In this document: piece after piece, positions 1-9,398 of the stretch
Layout: every line of letters begins with the position of its first letter
Position numbering within the stretch: position 1 is the stretch's first letter
Source: an uncultured bacterium
GTDB lineage: Bacteria; Bacillota; Clostridia; Oscillospirales; CAG-272
Direction of reading: 5' to 3'
Length of the DNA stretch: 64,000 bases
NCBI GenBank assembly: GCA_949293405.1
Contig: CASFDI010000050.1
Location: forward strand, 10,323-74,322
Notes under the pieces: generated by a model
Told to the model about the DNA's origin: nothing
The model's input: the letters and a program-made list of their open reading frames with translations, nothing else
Database searches by the model: none
Position numbers and translations under genes: made by a program

Positions 1-995
1 CAATGCGCGCTGCCGAACTCGTCTATGAGTGCCGCGGCGCGCTTGCTGATTTTCTCGGCGGGGTGGCGCCGGAGCAGTTTATTTTCACACTGAACGCCAC
101 CATGGCGATCAATATGGCGCTGTATACACGCGTGCGCCCGGGCGATCACATCCTGATCAGCGACATGGAGCACAATGCGGTGCGCCGGCCGGTGGAACGC
201 CTGACGCGTGCAGGACTGGTGTCGTCCGCGGTTTTCCCACATAACGGCCCTTTCCCCGATGTTCTGGAACAATGCATCGCAGACAAGAAAAGCGGCATCC
301 TGATTGTCACCGCCCGCTCCAATGTCAACGGCGCCGCACTGCCGGTGCAGCAGATTGTCTCCTTCTGCCGCAGTCGCGGATATTATACCATCGTGGACGG
401 TTCCCAGCAGGTGGGGCACGAAGATGTCTCGCTTACCCGACTGAACCCCGACGCATACTGCGGCCCCGGACATAAAGGTCTGCTCGGACCCGCCGGCTGC
501 GGATTCCTGTGGCTGCGCTCGGGTGAGGGACTGCGTGAGTTTCTCAGCGGAGGCAGCGGGTTTGATTCGCGCTCCCCACACATGCCCGGGCAACTGCCCG
601 AACGGTTTGAAGCGGGGACGCTGCCCACCCCGGCGATTGCCGGGCTGCGGGAGGGGATCCGCTTTCTGGAGGGGCTGGGATGCCGGGCGGTTGAAGAGCA
701 GGAACGGGAGCTGCTGAAACAGACCCTGGAATTGCTCGGCAACATCGGGCACCTGACCCTGTATGCTTCAGAACACTTTCCGCTTTCTTTTTCAAGTACA
801 AAAATGAAGGCAGAAGACCTTGCCACCCATCTTGACCGTGCGGGCATTCTGGTGCGTGCCGGTCTGCACTGCGCGCCGCTGGCGCACCAGACACTGGGGA
901 CGCAGCGCGACGGTCTGGTCCGCATCAGCCCCTCGGTTTTTACCAGGAGCGCCGATCTGCATGCCCTTGCAGCAACGCTGAGCCGGCTTTCCTGA
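1..995 (+). CDS. class V aminotransferase / cysteine desulfurase-family PLP enzyme (5' end cut by window edge)
   Basis: The ORF 3..995 is open to the window edge. It has the SDMEHNAV and HKGLLGPAGCGFLW (PLP-lysine context) motifs typical of the NifS/CsdA-like fold. Roughly the first 45 aa appear to be missing. Confidence 0.7.
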   Translation, partial: MRAAELVYECRGALADFLGGVAPEQFIFTLNATMAINMALYTRVRPGDHILISDMEHNAVRRPVERLTRAGLVSSAVFPHNGPFPDVLEQCIADKKSGILIVTARSNVNGAALPVQQIVSFCRSRGYYTIVDGSQQVGHEDVSLTRLNPDAYCGPGHKGLLGPAGCGFLWLRSGEGLREFLSGGSGFDSRSPHMPGQLPERFEAGTLPTPAIAGLREGIRFLEGLGCRAVEEQERELLKQTLELLGNIGHLTLYASEHFPLSFSSTKMKAEDLATHLDRAGILVRAGLHCAPLAHQTLGTQRDGLVRISPSVFTRSADLHALAATLSRLS

Positions 996-1309
996 TCCTG
1001 CGCGCCCCGGTATCTACGGAACTTTCCGGCGGACGCGGGCATTTCCTTTTCGTTTCTTCCCTGCGCTGCCGCCCGTACGCGCGGCAGGACTCCGGGTGTC
1101 ACGGGATATCTGTCCCTCTCTTCCGTCGTAAACGCCCACGCCATGTGTCCAGGTGATCCTGTCCGTCTGCATCGCAGACCATTTCCCCGCTCCGGCAGGC
1201 TTTCCGTATGGATCCCGGTTGTCTCAGCGCCATCGTATTTGCCCATGCCGCGCGCTGTCCTCTAAACGACGGCACCTGCCCCCGTGCCATGCATTGCGTG
1301 ACCCCTCAC

Positions 1310-1362
1310 CCGCCTCCGGAATACCCGATCCTGTCGGGCGCTCCGGAGGCGGGAAATATTTT
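1310..1362 (+). terminator. terminator-like hairpin 315 nt downstream of the aminotransferase stop
   Basis: The arms CCGCCTCCGGA and TCCGGAGGCGG form an 11-bp perfect stem with an inner hairpin. It is followed by GAAATATTTTC, an imperfect U-tract. Confidence 0.4.
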
Positions 1363-1382
1363 CAGAAAAACCATTTTCCCTC

Positions 1383-1411
1383 TTGTTTTTTGCTGCGGAA
1401 TGTTGTATACT
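1383..1411 (+). promoter_or_regulatory. sigma-A-type promoter for the MATE gene
   Basis: TTGTTT, a 17-nt spacer, then TATACT. The -10 ends 37 nt upstream of the ATG at 1448. Confidence 0.4.
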
Positions 1412-1447
1412 CTCCTCTGTGGCAAATCGTGCCACCCAGAGGTGCGT

Positions 1448-2827
1448 ATGAAAAACACGGGCACTAAGGATCTGACCGTCGGCTCGCCGTTCCGGCTGAT
1501 TATCGGTTTTATGGGACCGTTGCTGTTCGGGCTGGTCTTTCAGCAGTTCTACAATATGGCCGACACCATGATTGTGGGTCGGTTCCTGGGCCTGCAGGCA
1601 CTGTCGGGCGTTGGCTCCACAGGCGCCATCAACTTCCTGGTGCTGGGCTTCTGCACCGGCATCTGCGCGGGATTCACCATTCCGGTTGCGCAGCGCTTCG
1701 GAGAGAAGAACTACGAGGACATGCGACGCTTCATCGGCAACATCCTCTGGCTGTCGCTGCTGTTCGCTGTGGTCATCACCTTCTTCACCGCTGTGTTCTG
1801 CGCCGATATCCTGCGCGCCATGGATACCCCCGAGGAAGTGTTTAAAGAAGCATATGACTATATTTTCGTCATTTTCCTCGGCATTCCCGCCATCATGCTG
1901 TACAATGTCCTGTTCGGTCTGATCCGCGCCCTGGGCAATTCGCGCACGCCGGTACTGTTTCTGATCTTCGCCAGCATTCTCAATGTGGTACTTGACCTGT
2001 TCGCCATTCTGGTACTGAAACTGGGCGTGACCGGCGCGGGACTGGCGACCGTATTCTCACAGCTGATATCCGGCCTTCTGTGTCTTTTCTACATTATCCG
2101 GCGCTGTCCGCTGCTCCACATCTCGCGCTCGGATCTGAAAATCAGGAAATCCTGCATGAGCCGACTGTGCATCATGGGCCTGCCCATGGGACTGCAGTAT
2201 TCCGTGACAGCAGTGGGTTCCATTCTTCTGCAGACATCGGTCAACCGTCTGGGAACCGTCTATATCGGTGCTTCGGCGGCTGCCTCGAAGGTCTTCCAGT
2301 TGTTCTGCTGCCCGATGGATGCGATGGGCACCACCATGGCCACCTACGGCGCACAGAATACCGGAGCACGGCAGATTTCCCGCATCCGGAGCGGTGTCCG
2401 CGCCGCCCTCCTGATCGGCACCGTGTACTGCGCCGTTGCTTTCGCGGTCATTCACTTTTTCGGTCGCCCGCTGGCTTCCCTTTTTCTCGAATCGGGAGAG
2501 AATCAAACGGCGGTGCTGGATGCTTCCCAACAGTACCTGACCATCAACACGATCTTTTTCCTGTTCCTGCTGTGCGTGTATGTCTTCCGCTTCGTCGTGC
2601 AAGGCATCGGCTTTGCGGCTCCCGCCACCTTTGCCGGGTTGTTTGAAATGGTGGCACGCGGCATCATCGGGGTTCAGTTTGTTCCGCTCTTCGGATATGT
2701 CGCCGCCTGCTATGCCGGTCCGCTTGCCTGGATCATGGCGGATGTATTCCTGATTCCCATCTATTTCTACGGGGTACGGATACTCAAGAGGCGTTTTGAA
2801 GCCTATGCGGCGAATAAAGCCGGCTGA
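1448..2827 (+). CDS. MATE family efflux transporter
   Basis: This is the downstream part of ORF 1208..2827. The internal ATG at 1448 (MKNTGTKDL) follows the promoter and an AGAGGTG SD. The protein is polytopic and hydrophobic, with the MATE-like N-terminus FRLIIGFMGPLLFGLVFQQFYNMADTMIVGRFLG. Confidence 0.85.
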   Translation: MKNTGTKDLTVGSPFRLIIGFMGPLLFGLVFQQFYNMADTMIVGRFLGLQALSGVGSTGAINFLVLGFCTGICAGFTIPVAQRFGEKNYEDMRRFIGNILWLSLLFAVVITFFTAVFCADILRAMDTPEEVFKEAYDYIFVIFLGIPAIMLYNVLFGLIRALGNSRTPVLFLIFASILNVVLDLFAILVLKLGVTGAGLATVFSQLISGLLCLFYIIRRCPLLHISRSDLKIRKSCMSRLCIMGLPMGLQYSVTAVGSILLQTSVNRLGTVYIGASAAASKVFQLFCCPMDAMGTTMATYGAQNTGARQISRIRSGVRAALLIGTVYCAVAFAVIHFFGRPLASLFLESGENQTAVLDASQQYLTINTIFFLFLLCVYVFRFVVQGIGFAAPATFAGLFEMVARGIIGVQFVPLFGYVAACYAGPLAWIMADVFLIPIYFYGVRILKRRFEAYAANKAG

Positions 2828-2850
2828 TATCCCTGTATCTGCTGACAAAC

Positions 2851-2895
2851 AGGCAGGCAGCCTGACGGATCCGTCAGGCTGCCTGCCTTCTTTTT
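2851..2895. terminator. bidirectional intrinsic terminator between the convergent MATE and aroK genes
   Basis: AGGCAGGCAGCCTGACGG-atcc-GTCAGGCTGCCTGCCT is a near-perfect long stem, followed by TCTTTTT. Confidence 0.8.
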
Positions 2896-3024
2896 ATCCG
2901 GTCCCGGGCAGTCCGGCACCGTTTCCGTGCCGTCCGGAATGCTCCTCAGACGGGCGCCCGGCAGGGGTGCACCGCACCCCGACCGCACACACGACCTACT
3001 GCACAGAACCGGTCGCAATCCCGG

Positions 3025-3528
3025 TCAGAGTCCCAGCGCCGCCTCAATCTCCCGGACGATCCCGGAAATTTCCTTTCCCTCACAGTCGACCGTCACCTGG
3101 GCATACCGTTCATAGAGCGGTGTGCGCTCCGCATACAGACCGTCGATTCCCATACCAGCCGGCAGGGCGATGCCGCGTCGGCTCCAGTCACCCAGATGGG
3201 ACAGGATTCCATCCAGCGAACGCCGCAGATATACCACCGTTCCCCGATCGGCAAGATGCCGCATCGCCGCTTCCGAATATACGACACTGCCTCCGGTCGC
3301 CACAACCGTGTGTTCCGGCCGGAAGGCAAGCACCGTCTCTTCCTCTTTCCGCAGGAAAGACGCGGCTCCTTCCCGGTCGATCAGCTCCTGCAGTTTACAT
3401 CCGTATGTGCTCTGGATCAGAAGGTCGGTGTCGGTGAAATGATATCCGATTGCTTTTGCAAGTACAACGCCGATGGTGCTTTTCCCGCACCCCGGCATGC
3501 CGATCAGGATAATATTGTCATGTTGCAT
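3025..3528 (-). CDS. aroK: shikimate kinase
   Basis: 167 aa. Walker A is in MQHDNIILIGMPGCGKSTIG, followed by FTDTDLLIQ, which is typical of AroK. It overlaps the stop of the upstream GH13 gene by 11 nt. Confidence 0.9.
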   Translation of the reverse strand: MQHDNIILIGMPGCGKSTIGVVLAKAIGYHFTDTDLLIQSTYGCKLQELIDREGAASFLRKEEETVLAFRPEHTVVATGGSVVYSEAAMRHLADRGTVVYLRRSLDGILSHLGDWSRRGIALPAGMGIDGLYAERTPLYERYAQVTVDCEGKEISGIVREIEAALGL

Positions 3529-5443
3529 GGTTTGATTCCTCTGTGTCTTTTATTTCTTTCCGATTCAGGCGCCAGACCCCCGCTTCGCCGGGCGCGAGCA
3601 CCAGACGGGATGCATGCAGAACACCGCCGCCAAGAACGCATTCCGATGCGGCAGGTACAGAGCAGCTCAGTGAGCGGCTGCCCCGGTTGACGGCAGTAAG
3701 AAGCGCACATCCTTCTTCTTCGCGTATAAACAGCAGCCCCTCCCGGTCAAGGCGCAGCAACCGGAACGCCCCTTCCCGGTAAACCGGGAAACGCCGCCTC
3801 ACCTCTCCCACCTGCCTGTACCAGCATAGCAGGTCTTCCTGCAAGGCGTGCCAGGGCATCGGCCTGCGATTGAACGGATCGGAATAGCCTTCCAGTCCGG
3901 CTTCATCGCCGTAGAAGATGGAAGGAATCCCCGGCAGAGTGGCCAGCACCAGATAGGCGGCCGCAAGCCGCTTCTTTGCCTCTTTCCGCTCGTCCTCACT
4001 CATCCGCAGAACCGCCAGCTGATCGTTGGTCATGCCGTCGGCATTCCGCCCGCCCAGGGCGGTCAGAATGCGCACCGTGTCATGGGTCCCCAGAAGATTC
4101 ATCTGGGCGTTGAGAATGCGGGGCGGCGTGTTGGGCATGATGTCGGTAAAATACTGCATAAGAGGCCGGCAGTCCCCGTCCCGGAAATAGGAGATCAGCC
4201 CGGTACGCAGCGGATAATTCATCACCCCGTCCAGTTCTCTGCCGAGGAAATACCGCTTGCGCACTCCGTAAGCAATCTTATTGGATGCGTCCTCCCACAC
4301 CTCGCCGTACAGAACCGCGTCCGGCACACGCTCATTCAGACGCGCTTTGATTGCCGAGATGAAATCATCTGAAAGTTCGTCCGCCACATCCAGCCGCAAC
4401 CCGCCGATCCCCATATCCGCATAGTGTGCGATCACGCCCCCGGGCCCGGTGAAAAACTCCCGACAGGAAGGCACATCGGGCGAGATGCGCGGCAGAATCG
4501 GAATGTTCCACCAGCAGGTATAGCGATCCGGAAATTGCTGAAAAGTGTACCATTCGTAATACGGAGACTCCTGCGACTGATAAGCGCCCGTCCCGGGATA
4601 AGTCCCGTATCGGTTGAAATACAGACTGTCGTCTCCGGTATGATTGAATACCCCGTCCAGGATCACGCGCATCCCAAGCGCGGATGCCTCGCGGATCAGG
4701 CGCCTGAGATCGGCCTCGGTGCCGAACATCGGATCGATCTGCATATAGTCGCCGGTGTCGTATTTGTGATTGGATTTCGCTTTGAAAATCGGAGATAAAT
4801 ACAGGCAGGTTGTACCGAGAGAAGCGATATAGTCCAGTTTACGGATAATACCGTCCAGATTGCCCCCGAAGAACATATTGTTTTCCAGAGGCGCTCCCGG
4901 ATAGGCGGGATACTGCGGGATTCCTTCTTCCCAGTCCGGATTGATCACCGCGCCCGGACTGAGGGGCGTTTCGGCGCCGCGGAAAAAGCGGTCCACGAAG
5001 ATCTGATAGATCACCCCGCCACAGAGCCAGTCGGGCGCCGGATAGGAAAAGTCGGTGAGGGTCAGCTGCAGCGCATCCCCTGACACATCATCCGAGAACC
5101 GGACGGACTCCCGTGACACCGAGCCGTAGCGCAACCGTCCTCCCTCCTCCAGTACCGGCCGGGCGTAATACAGACCGCACCCGCAATCCGCGGTGTGCAG
5201 TTCTGCCGTATAGAAATCCGCGCCGCCCGCTGTATGCCGCCACTGCATGGGGATACGGTCGGTTGTATTGCGGTGCGCGTCATACAGCTCGACAAAGACC
5301 TCCGTCGCCCCTTCCCGGCGCGGCAGACACAAGGTGAAAGTGAGCGTACAGCCCGACCCGAAAGCACGGCAGGACCGTGAATCGGTCCTGCCGTCCCCGT
5401 ATCGGAAGGTGTATTCTTCCTGATTGAAAACGCCGGTACTCAT
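3518..5443 (-). CDS. GH13 alpha-amylase family enzyme (neopullulanase/cyclomaltodextrinase-like, with an N-terminal E-set-like domain)
   Basis: All four GH13 conserved regions are present: VFNHTGDDS, GGLRLDVADEL, YGEVWEDAS and LGTHDTVR. There is an ATGA overlap with the glgP stop. Confidence 0.85.
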   Translation of the reverse strand: MSTGVFNQEEYTFRYGDGRTDSRSCRAFGSGCTLTFTLCLPRREGATEVFVELYDAHRNTTDRIPMQWRHTAGGADFYTAELHTADCGCGLYYARPVLEEGGRLRYGSVSRESVRFSDDVSGDALQLTLTDFSYPAPDWLCGGVIYQIFVDRFFRGAETPLSPGAVINPDWEEGIPQYPAYPGAPLENNMFFGGNLDGIIRKLDYIASLGTTCLYLSPIFKAKSNHKYDTGDYMQIDPMFGTEADLRRLIREASALGMRVILDGVFNHTGDDSLYFNRYGTYPGTGAYQSQESPYYEWYTFQQFPDRYTCWWNIPILPRISPDVPSCREFFTGPGGVIAHYADMGIGGLRLDVADELSDDFISAIKARLNERVPDAVLYGEVWEDASNKIAYGVRKRYFLGRELDGVMNYPLRTGLISYFRDGDCRPLMQYFTDIMPNTPPRILNAQMNLLGTHDTVRILTALGGRNADGMTNDQLAVLRMSEDERKEAKKRLAAAYLVLATLPGIPSIFYGDEAGLEGYSDPFNRRPMPWHALQEDLLCWYRQVGEVRRRFPVYREGAFRLLRLDREGLLFIREEEGCALLTAVNRGSRSLSCSVPAASECVLGGGVLHASRLVLAPGEAGVWRLNRKEIKDTEESNHAT

Positions 5444-7926
5444 TTCTTCCCCACAGGCTCCATATGCCAGATGTTCTGAGCGTAGTTGCGGATGCTGACA
5501 TCGGAAGCAAACACGCCGGACCGCGCCGTATTGATCAGCGACCTGCGCGCCCAGGCAGTGCGGTCGGCATAATCCGCGATGGCACGCTGATAGGTGGCTT
5601 CATACGAACTGAAGTCTGCCAGGCACATATAGGGATCTGCCACACCGTAGCCGCCCCCGATCAGGTAGTCGGCAATATGCGAGAAATCCACCCCGCCCAG
5701 CGGATGCATCAGCCGGTCCACAACCCCGCGCAACTGTTCGGAAGAATTATAGAAATCACGCGCATGATAACCGCGCCGCCACAACTCATCCACCTCGTCC
5801 GTATTCAGACCGAAAATATAGATGTTGGGATCTCCCACAGCCTCGAGGATCTCCACATTGGCGCCGTCGAGTGTGCCGATGGTCAGAGCGCCGTTCATCA
5901 TCAGTTTCATATTGCCGGTTCCGCTCGCCTCTTTCCCCGCCAGGGAAATCTGTTCGGAAAGATCGGCCGCAGGAATCAGCACTTCCGCCATACTGACATT
6001 GTAATCTTCCATGAAGATCACTTTCAGCCGGTCGCGGGTAAGCGGATTGCGCTCCAGCTCCACGCCCAGAAAATAGATCAGACGGATCAGTTTTTTCGCC
6101 ATCTGATACCCCGGAGCCGCCTTCGCACCGAAAATAAAGGTCTGGGGTGGAATATCCGCATTCGGATTCTCGCAGATCTGGTTATACAGACTGATGATCT
6201 TGAGCGCATTCAGCAACTGACGCTTGTATTCATGCATCCGCTTGATCTGCACATCGAAAACAGAATCGGGATCCAGAATACGCCCGGTGCGCTCCTTCGC
6301 ATAAGCGGCAAAACGCTTCTTGTTGGCATCTTTGACCGCCTGCACCTGTGCGAGGACATTCTTGTCATCCGCATACCGTTCAAAGTCCGCAAGCTTCTCG
6401 GGATTGTTCCGGTAGTCGTCGCCGATGCAGTCGCTGAGCAGACCCGCCAGTGCGGGATTGGAGGCATACAGCCAGCGACGGTGCACCACGCCGTTGGTTA
6501 CATTGGTGAATTTCCATGGCGTCATTTTATAGAAATCATGGAACACCGTCTTTTTGAGAATTTCGCTGTGCAGTTTGGAAACGCCGTTGACCGTGTGCGA
6601 CCCGACCACCGACAGATTGGCCATGCGCACCTGGCCGTAAGCAATGACCGCCATTCTGGAAATACGGTCCCAGTCGCCCGGGTACAGGTCCCACAGATCC
6701 GCACAGAAACGTCGGTTGATCTCACTGACAATGGCGAAAATCCGCGGCAGTTTCATCCGGAACAGGTCAATGCGCCAGCATTCGAGCGCCTCGGGCAGAA
6801 CGGTGTGATTGGTATAGGTGACGCACTGCGTCACCACCCTCCAGGCATCGTCCCAGGAGTAGGAATATACATCCATCAGGATCCGCATCAGCTCCGGGAT
6901 GCACATGGCGGGATGCGTATCGTTGATATGGATGGCAATCTTGTTTTCAAATCCGGCAAGCGATCCGTTCTGAGCAAAATAATCGCTGATGATATTCTGC
7001 AGAGAAGCCGACACCAGAAAATACTGCTGCGTCAGACGAAGCAGTTTCCCCTCTTCGTGATTGTCAGGCGGATAGAGCTGACGGGTGATTTCCTCTGCGT
7101 TGGAGGACTCCTCCAGCGCCTTGAGATAAGTGCCCTGATTGGAATAGCCCATAATGGCGTTGCGGGCATCCTTGGCTTTCCACAGGCGCAGATTGTTCAC
7201 CGCATCGGTGGTTGTACCGGGAATCATCAGATCGTACGGAAGCGCACGCACCTCGTCATATTCGGTATGCTCAATGCGCAATTCCCCGTTCTCCCAGTGT
7301 TCGTGGATCTGACCGCCGAAGCGTACCGTCACCGCCTTGTCGGGTCTGGGGATCAGCCAGGATCCTCCGTCCGGAATCCAGACATCGGGCAGCTCTACCT
7401 GCTCGCCGTCCACCAGGCGCTGACGGAACAGGCCATTTTCGTAACAGAGAGAATACCCCACTGCGGAATAGTCCAGCGCAGTCAGCGAATCCATAAAGCA
7501 GGCAGCAAGCCGTCCGAGGCCACCGTTTCCGAGTCCCGGATCCGCCTCGCACGCGTAGATGGAATCGAAATCGGTCCCGATGGAACGGTAGACTTCCTGC
7601 AGGGCGTCATAGATGCCCAGATTGATGGCATGACTGCGGAAAGAGCGTCCGATCAGAAACTCCATGCAGAGATAGCAGACTTTCTTTCCGTTGGCGGCTT
7701 TGATCCGCTTCTTGAAGGATGCACGGTGTGCCGCCAGCATATCCTTCATCACATATACAGTAGCGTGGTAAATCTGTTCTGAGGTTGCGGCATGCAGATC
7801 CGAAATACCGCGGGAGAGCAGTTTGGCGCGGATAAGCGCCAGCAACTCATCTGCCGTATACGCGGACACCTGCATGCCGGCTGTCGCGCCGGGGGTATTG
7901 GTAGTGGGGTTCTTCTGTTTACTCAT
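5440..7926 (-). CDS. glgP: glycogen/starch phosphorylase
   Basis: 828 aa with GLGNGGLGRLAACFMDS and EASGTGNMKLMMNGA (PLP-lysine region). Confidence 0.95.
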   Translation of the reverse strand: MSKQKNPTTNTPGATAGMQVSAYTADELLALIRAKLLSRGISDLHAATSEQIYHATVYVMKDMLAAHRASFKKRIKAANGKKVCYLCMEFLIGRSFRSHAINLGIYDALQEVYRSIGTDFDSIYACEADPGLGNGGLGRLAACFMDSLTALDYSAVGYSLCYENGLFRQRLVDGEQVELPDVWIPDGGSWLIPRPDKAVTVRFGGQIHEHWENGELRIEHTEYDEVRALPYDLMIPGTTTDAVNNLRLWKAKDARNAIMGYSNQGTYLKALEESSNAEEITRQLYPPDNHEEGKLLRLTQQYFLVSASLQNIISDYFAQNGSLAGFENKIAIHINDTHPAMCIPELMRILMDVYSYSWDDAWRVVTQCVTYTNHTVLPEALECWRIDLFRMKLPRIFAIVSEINRRFCADLWDLYPGDWDRISRMAVIAYGQVRMANLSVVGSHTVNGVSKLHSEILKKTVFHDFYKMTPWKFTNVTNGVVHRRWLYASNPALAGLLSDCIGDDYRNNPEKLADFERYADDKNVLAQVQAVKDANKKRFAAYAKERTGRILDPDSVFDVQIKRMHEYKRQLLNALKIISLYNQICENPNADIPPQTFIFGAKAAPGYQMAKKLIRLIYFLGVELERNPLTRDRLKVIFMEDYNVSMAEVLIPAADLSEQISLAGKEASGTGNMKLMMNGALTIGTLDGANVEILEAVGDPNIYIFGLNTDEVDELWRRGYHARDFYNSSEQLRGVVDRLMHPLGGVDFSHIADYLIGGGYGVADPYMCLADFSSYEATYQRAIADYADRTAWARRSLINTARSGVFASDVSIRNYAQNIWHMEPVGKK

Positions 7927-7944
7927 ATTTTCCGTCCTGATTGT

Positions 7945-9378
7945 TTAATGGATAATTTGTGTATAAAGATCAATATATTTCTGGGCAGAACTCTTCCATG
8001 TAAAGTCTGTCGCCATGGCCTGACCGGTCAGCCGGTGCCAGGTGTCGGGTTCAAGGTGCATCAGCCGCAGCGCGTCCTTAATGGTGAACAGCATCTCGTG
8101 CGCGTTGAACTGATAGAACATGAAGCCGTTGGCACCATCTGCCGGATACGGCACAATGCTGTCAAACAGACCGCCTACACCGCGCACCACCGGCAGGGTG
8201 CCGTAGGCGCACGCGATCATCTGAGCCAGTCCGCAGGGCTCGCTCTTCGAGGGCATCAGAAACAGGTCGGCCGCGGCGTACATCTGCTTTGACAGTACGC
8301 GGTCAAAGCGGATCTCGGCACGCGCACGGTCGGCATGCCGGCCGGCAATTGACCGGAACGCTTCCTCATAATGAGCTTCCCCGGTGCCGAGCAGAACGAA
8401 CTGTATTTCCTCATCCAGCAGCTCATCCAGCACATGCAGCACCAGATCCACACCTTTTCCGTGTGTCAGCCGGGTGATCATGACGATCAACGGAATCTGT
8501 TCGTCCACGGGCAACCCCAGCATCTGCTGAAGGGCAAGTTTGTTTTTCGCCTTTCCTTCCGCGCGGTTGGCGGCGGTGTACGGGAAGGCGATTTCCCCGC
8601 CCTCTCCGGGTGAAAAATACGCCGTGTCAATGCCGTTGATGATACCGGAAATCTTGTAGTCATACATCCGGATGATGTGGTGCAGTCCGAAGGAGAAAAA
8701 TTCTTCCCGCAGTTCGGATGCATAATTGGGACTGACCGTGTTGACGCGGTCGGCGCAGACAATCGCGCCCTTCATCAGATTGATACAGCCGTCGTATTCC
8801 AGGATCGACAGATACCGGTAATCCAGATCAAACAGATCCATCAGCTGGTCGCAGCTGTATTTTCCCTGATATTCTATATTATGAATCGTATACAGCGTTC
8901 TGATACCCGACAGCCGCGCGTCATGCGCGAAACGCGTCCGCAGGTAGACCACGGTCAGCGCGCTCTGCCAGTCGTTGGCATGCAGAAGATCCGGTACCTC
9001 TTCACTGCGCAGCAGAAACTCAATCACGGCGCGGCAGAAATAAGCAATACGCTCGCCGTCATCAAACTGCCCGTAAAGCTGCGGCCGGTCGAAATACTGC
9101 TCGTTATCCACGAAATAATAGGTCACACCCCGGTCGTTGAGGGAGTAGATGCCGCAGTAAGCATGCCGCCAGCTGTAGGCAAACCAGAATTCGCATTCTT
9201 TTTTCAGCACCTGCCGGTATTTATCCGCCATCTTTTGTTTGTAAAGCGGCAGAATGACAGCAACGCTGTCATGGGGGTGCAACTGTTTGACAGCCTGCGG
9301 AAGAGCGCCCATAACATCGCCGAGACCGCCGCTGGCAGCATACGGAGCCGCTTCGCTGGTTACATACAACAGTTTCAT
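7945..9378 (-). CDS. glgA: glycogen synthase
   Basis: 477 aa. The N-terminus MKLLYVTSEAAPYAASGGLGDV is the GlgA signature. Confidence 0.95.
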   Translation of the reverse strand: MKLLYVTSEAAPYAASGGLGDVMGALPQAVKQLHPHDSVAVILPLYKQKMADKYRQVLKKECEFWFAYSWRHAYCGIYSLNDRGVTYYFVDNEQYFDRPQLYGQFDDGERIAYFCRAVIEFLLRSEEVPDLLHANDWQSALTVVYLRTRFAHDARLSGIRTLYTIHNIEYQGKYSCDQLMDLFDLDYRYLSILEYDGCINLMKGAIVCADRVNTVSPNYASELREEFFSFGLHHIIRMYDYKISGIINGIDTAYFSPGEGGEIAFPYTAANRAEGKAKNKLALQQMLGLPVDEQIPLIVMITRLTHGKGVDLVLHVLDELLDEEIQFVLLGTGEAHYEEAFRSIAGRHADRARAEIRFDRVLSKQMYAAADLFLMPSKSEPCGLAQMIACAYGTLPVVRGVGGLFDSIVPYPADGANGFMFYQFNAHEMLFTIKDALRLMHLEPDTWHRLTGQAMATDFTWKSSAQKYIDLYTQIIH

Positions 9379-9398
9379 AACAGACCCCTTTCCGAAAG

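Noticed and set aside
1208-1447. N-terminal extensions of track ORFs: MATE 1208, mazG 17039, udk-like 19665, hemZ 21308, relA 24014, FAD protein 27878, cdaA 28965, marR 45749, NUDIX 45801, DUF1294 49187, truA 52440 and ruvC 56320.
   Set aside because: The extensions are Arg/Cys/Pro-rich and lack an SD. They overlap upstream genes, promoters or terminators. In each case an internal ATG with a good SD matches the usual family N-terminus.
1414-1447. A hairpin CCTCTG-TGGCA...TGCCA-cc-CAGAGG that might sequester the MATE SD.
   Set aside because: The predicted TSS (~1418) falls inside the 5' arm, so the outer stem would not be fully transcribed. The evidence is too weak to call a regulatory element.
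5464-7782. Very long antisense ORFs opposite real genes: 772 aa opposite glgP, 952 aa at 59536..62394 opposite yfhO, 488 aa at 29823..31289, 483 aa at 11538..12989, 379 aa at 10580..11719, 474 and 390 aa opposite relA, 419 aa opposite recJ, 477 and 341 aa opposite the ABC exporters, and 402, 373 and 394 aa at 34315..38363.
   Set aside because: In every case I checked, the antisense codons are exactly codon-aligned with the sense gene; the coordinate differences are multiples of 3 (for example 5464-5440=24 and 62392-59515=2877). Antisense stops can then arise only from sense TTA, CTA or TCA codons, which are rare in this GC3-rich genome. The translations are H/R/Q/G-rich low-complexity sequence with no recognisable motifs. 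The sense genes have strong family signatures.
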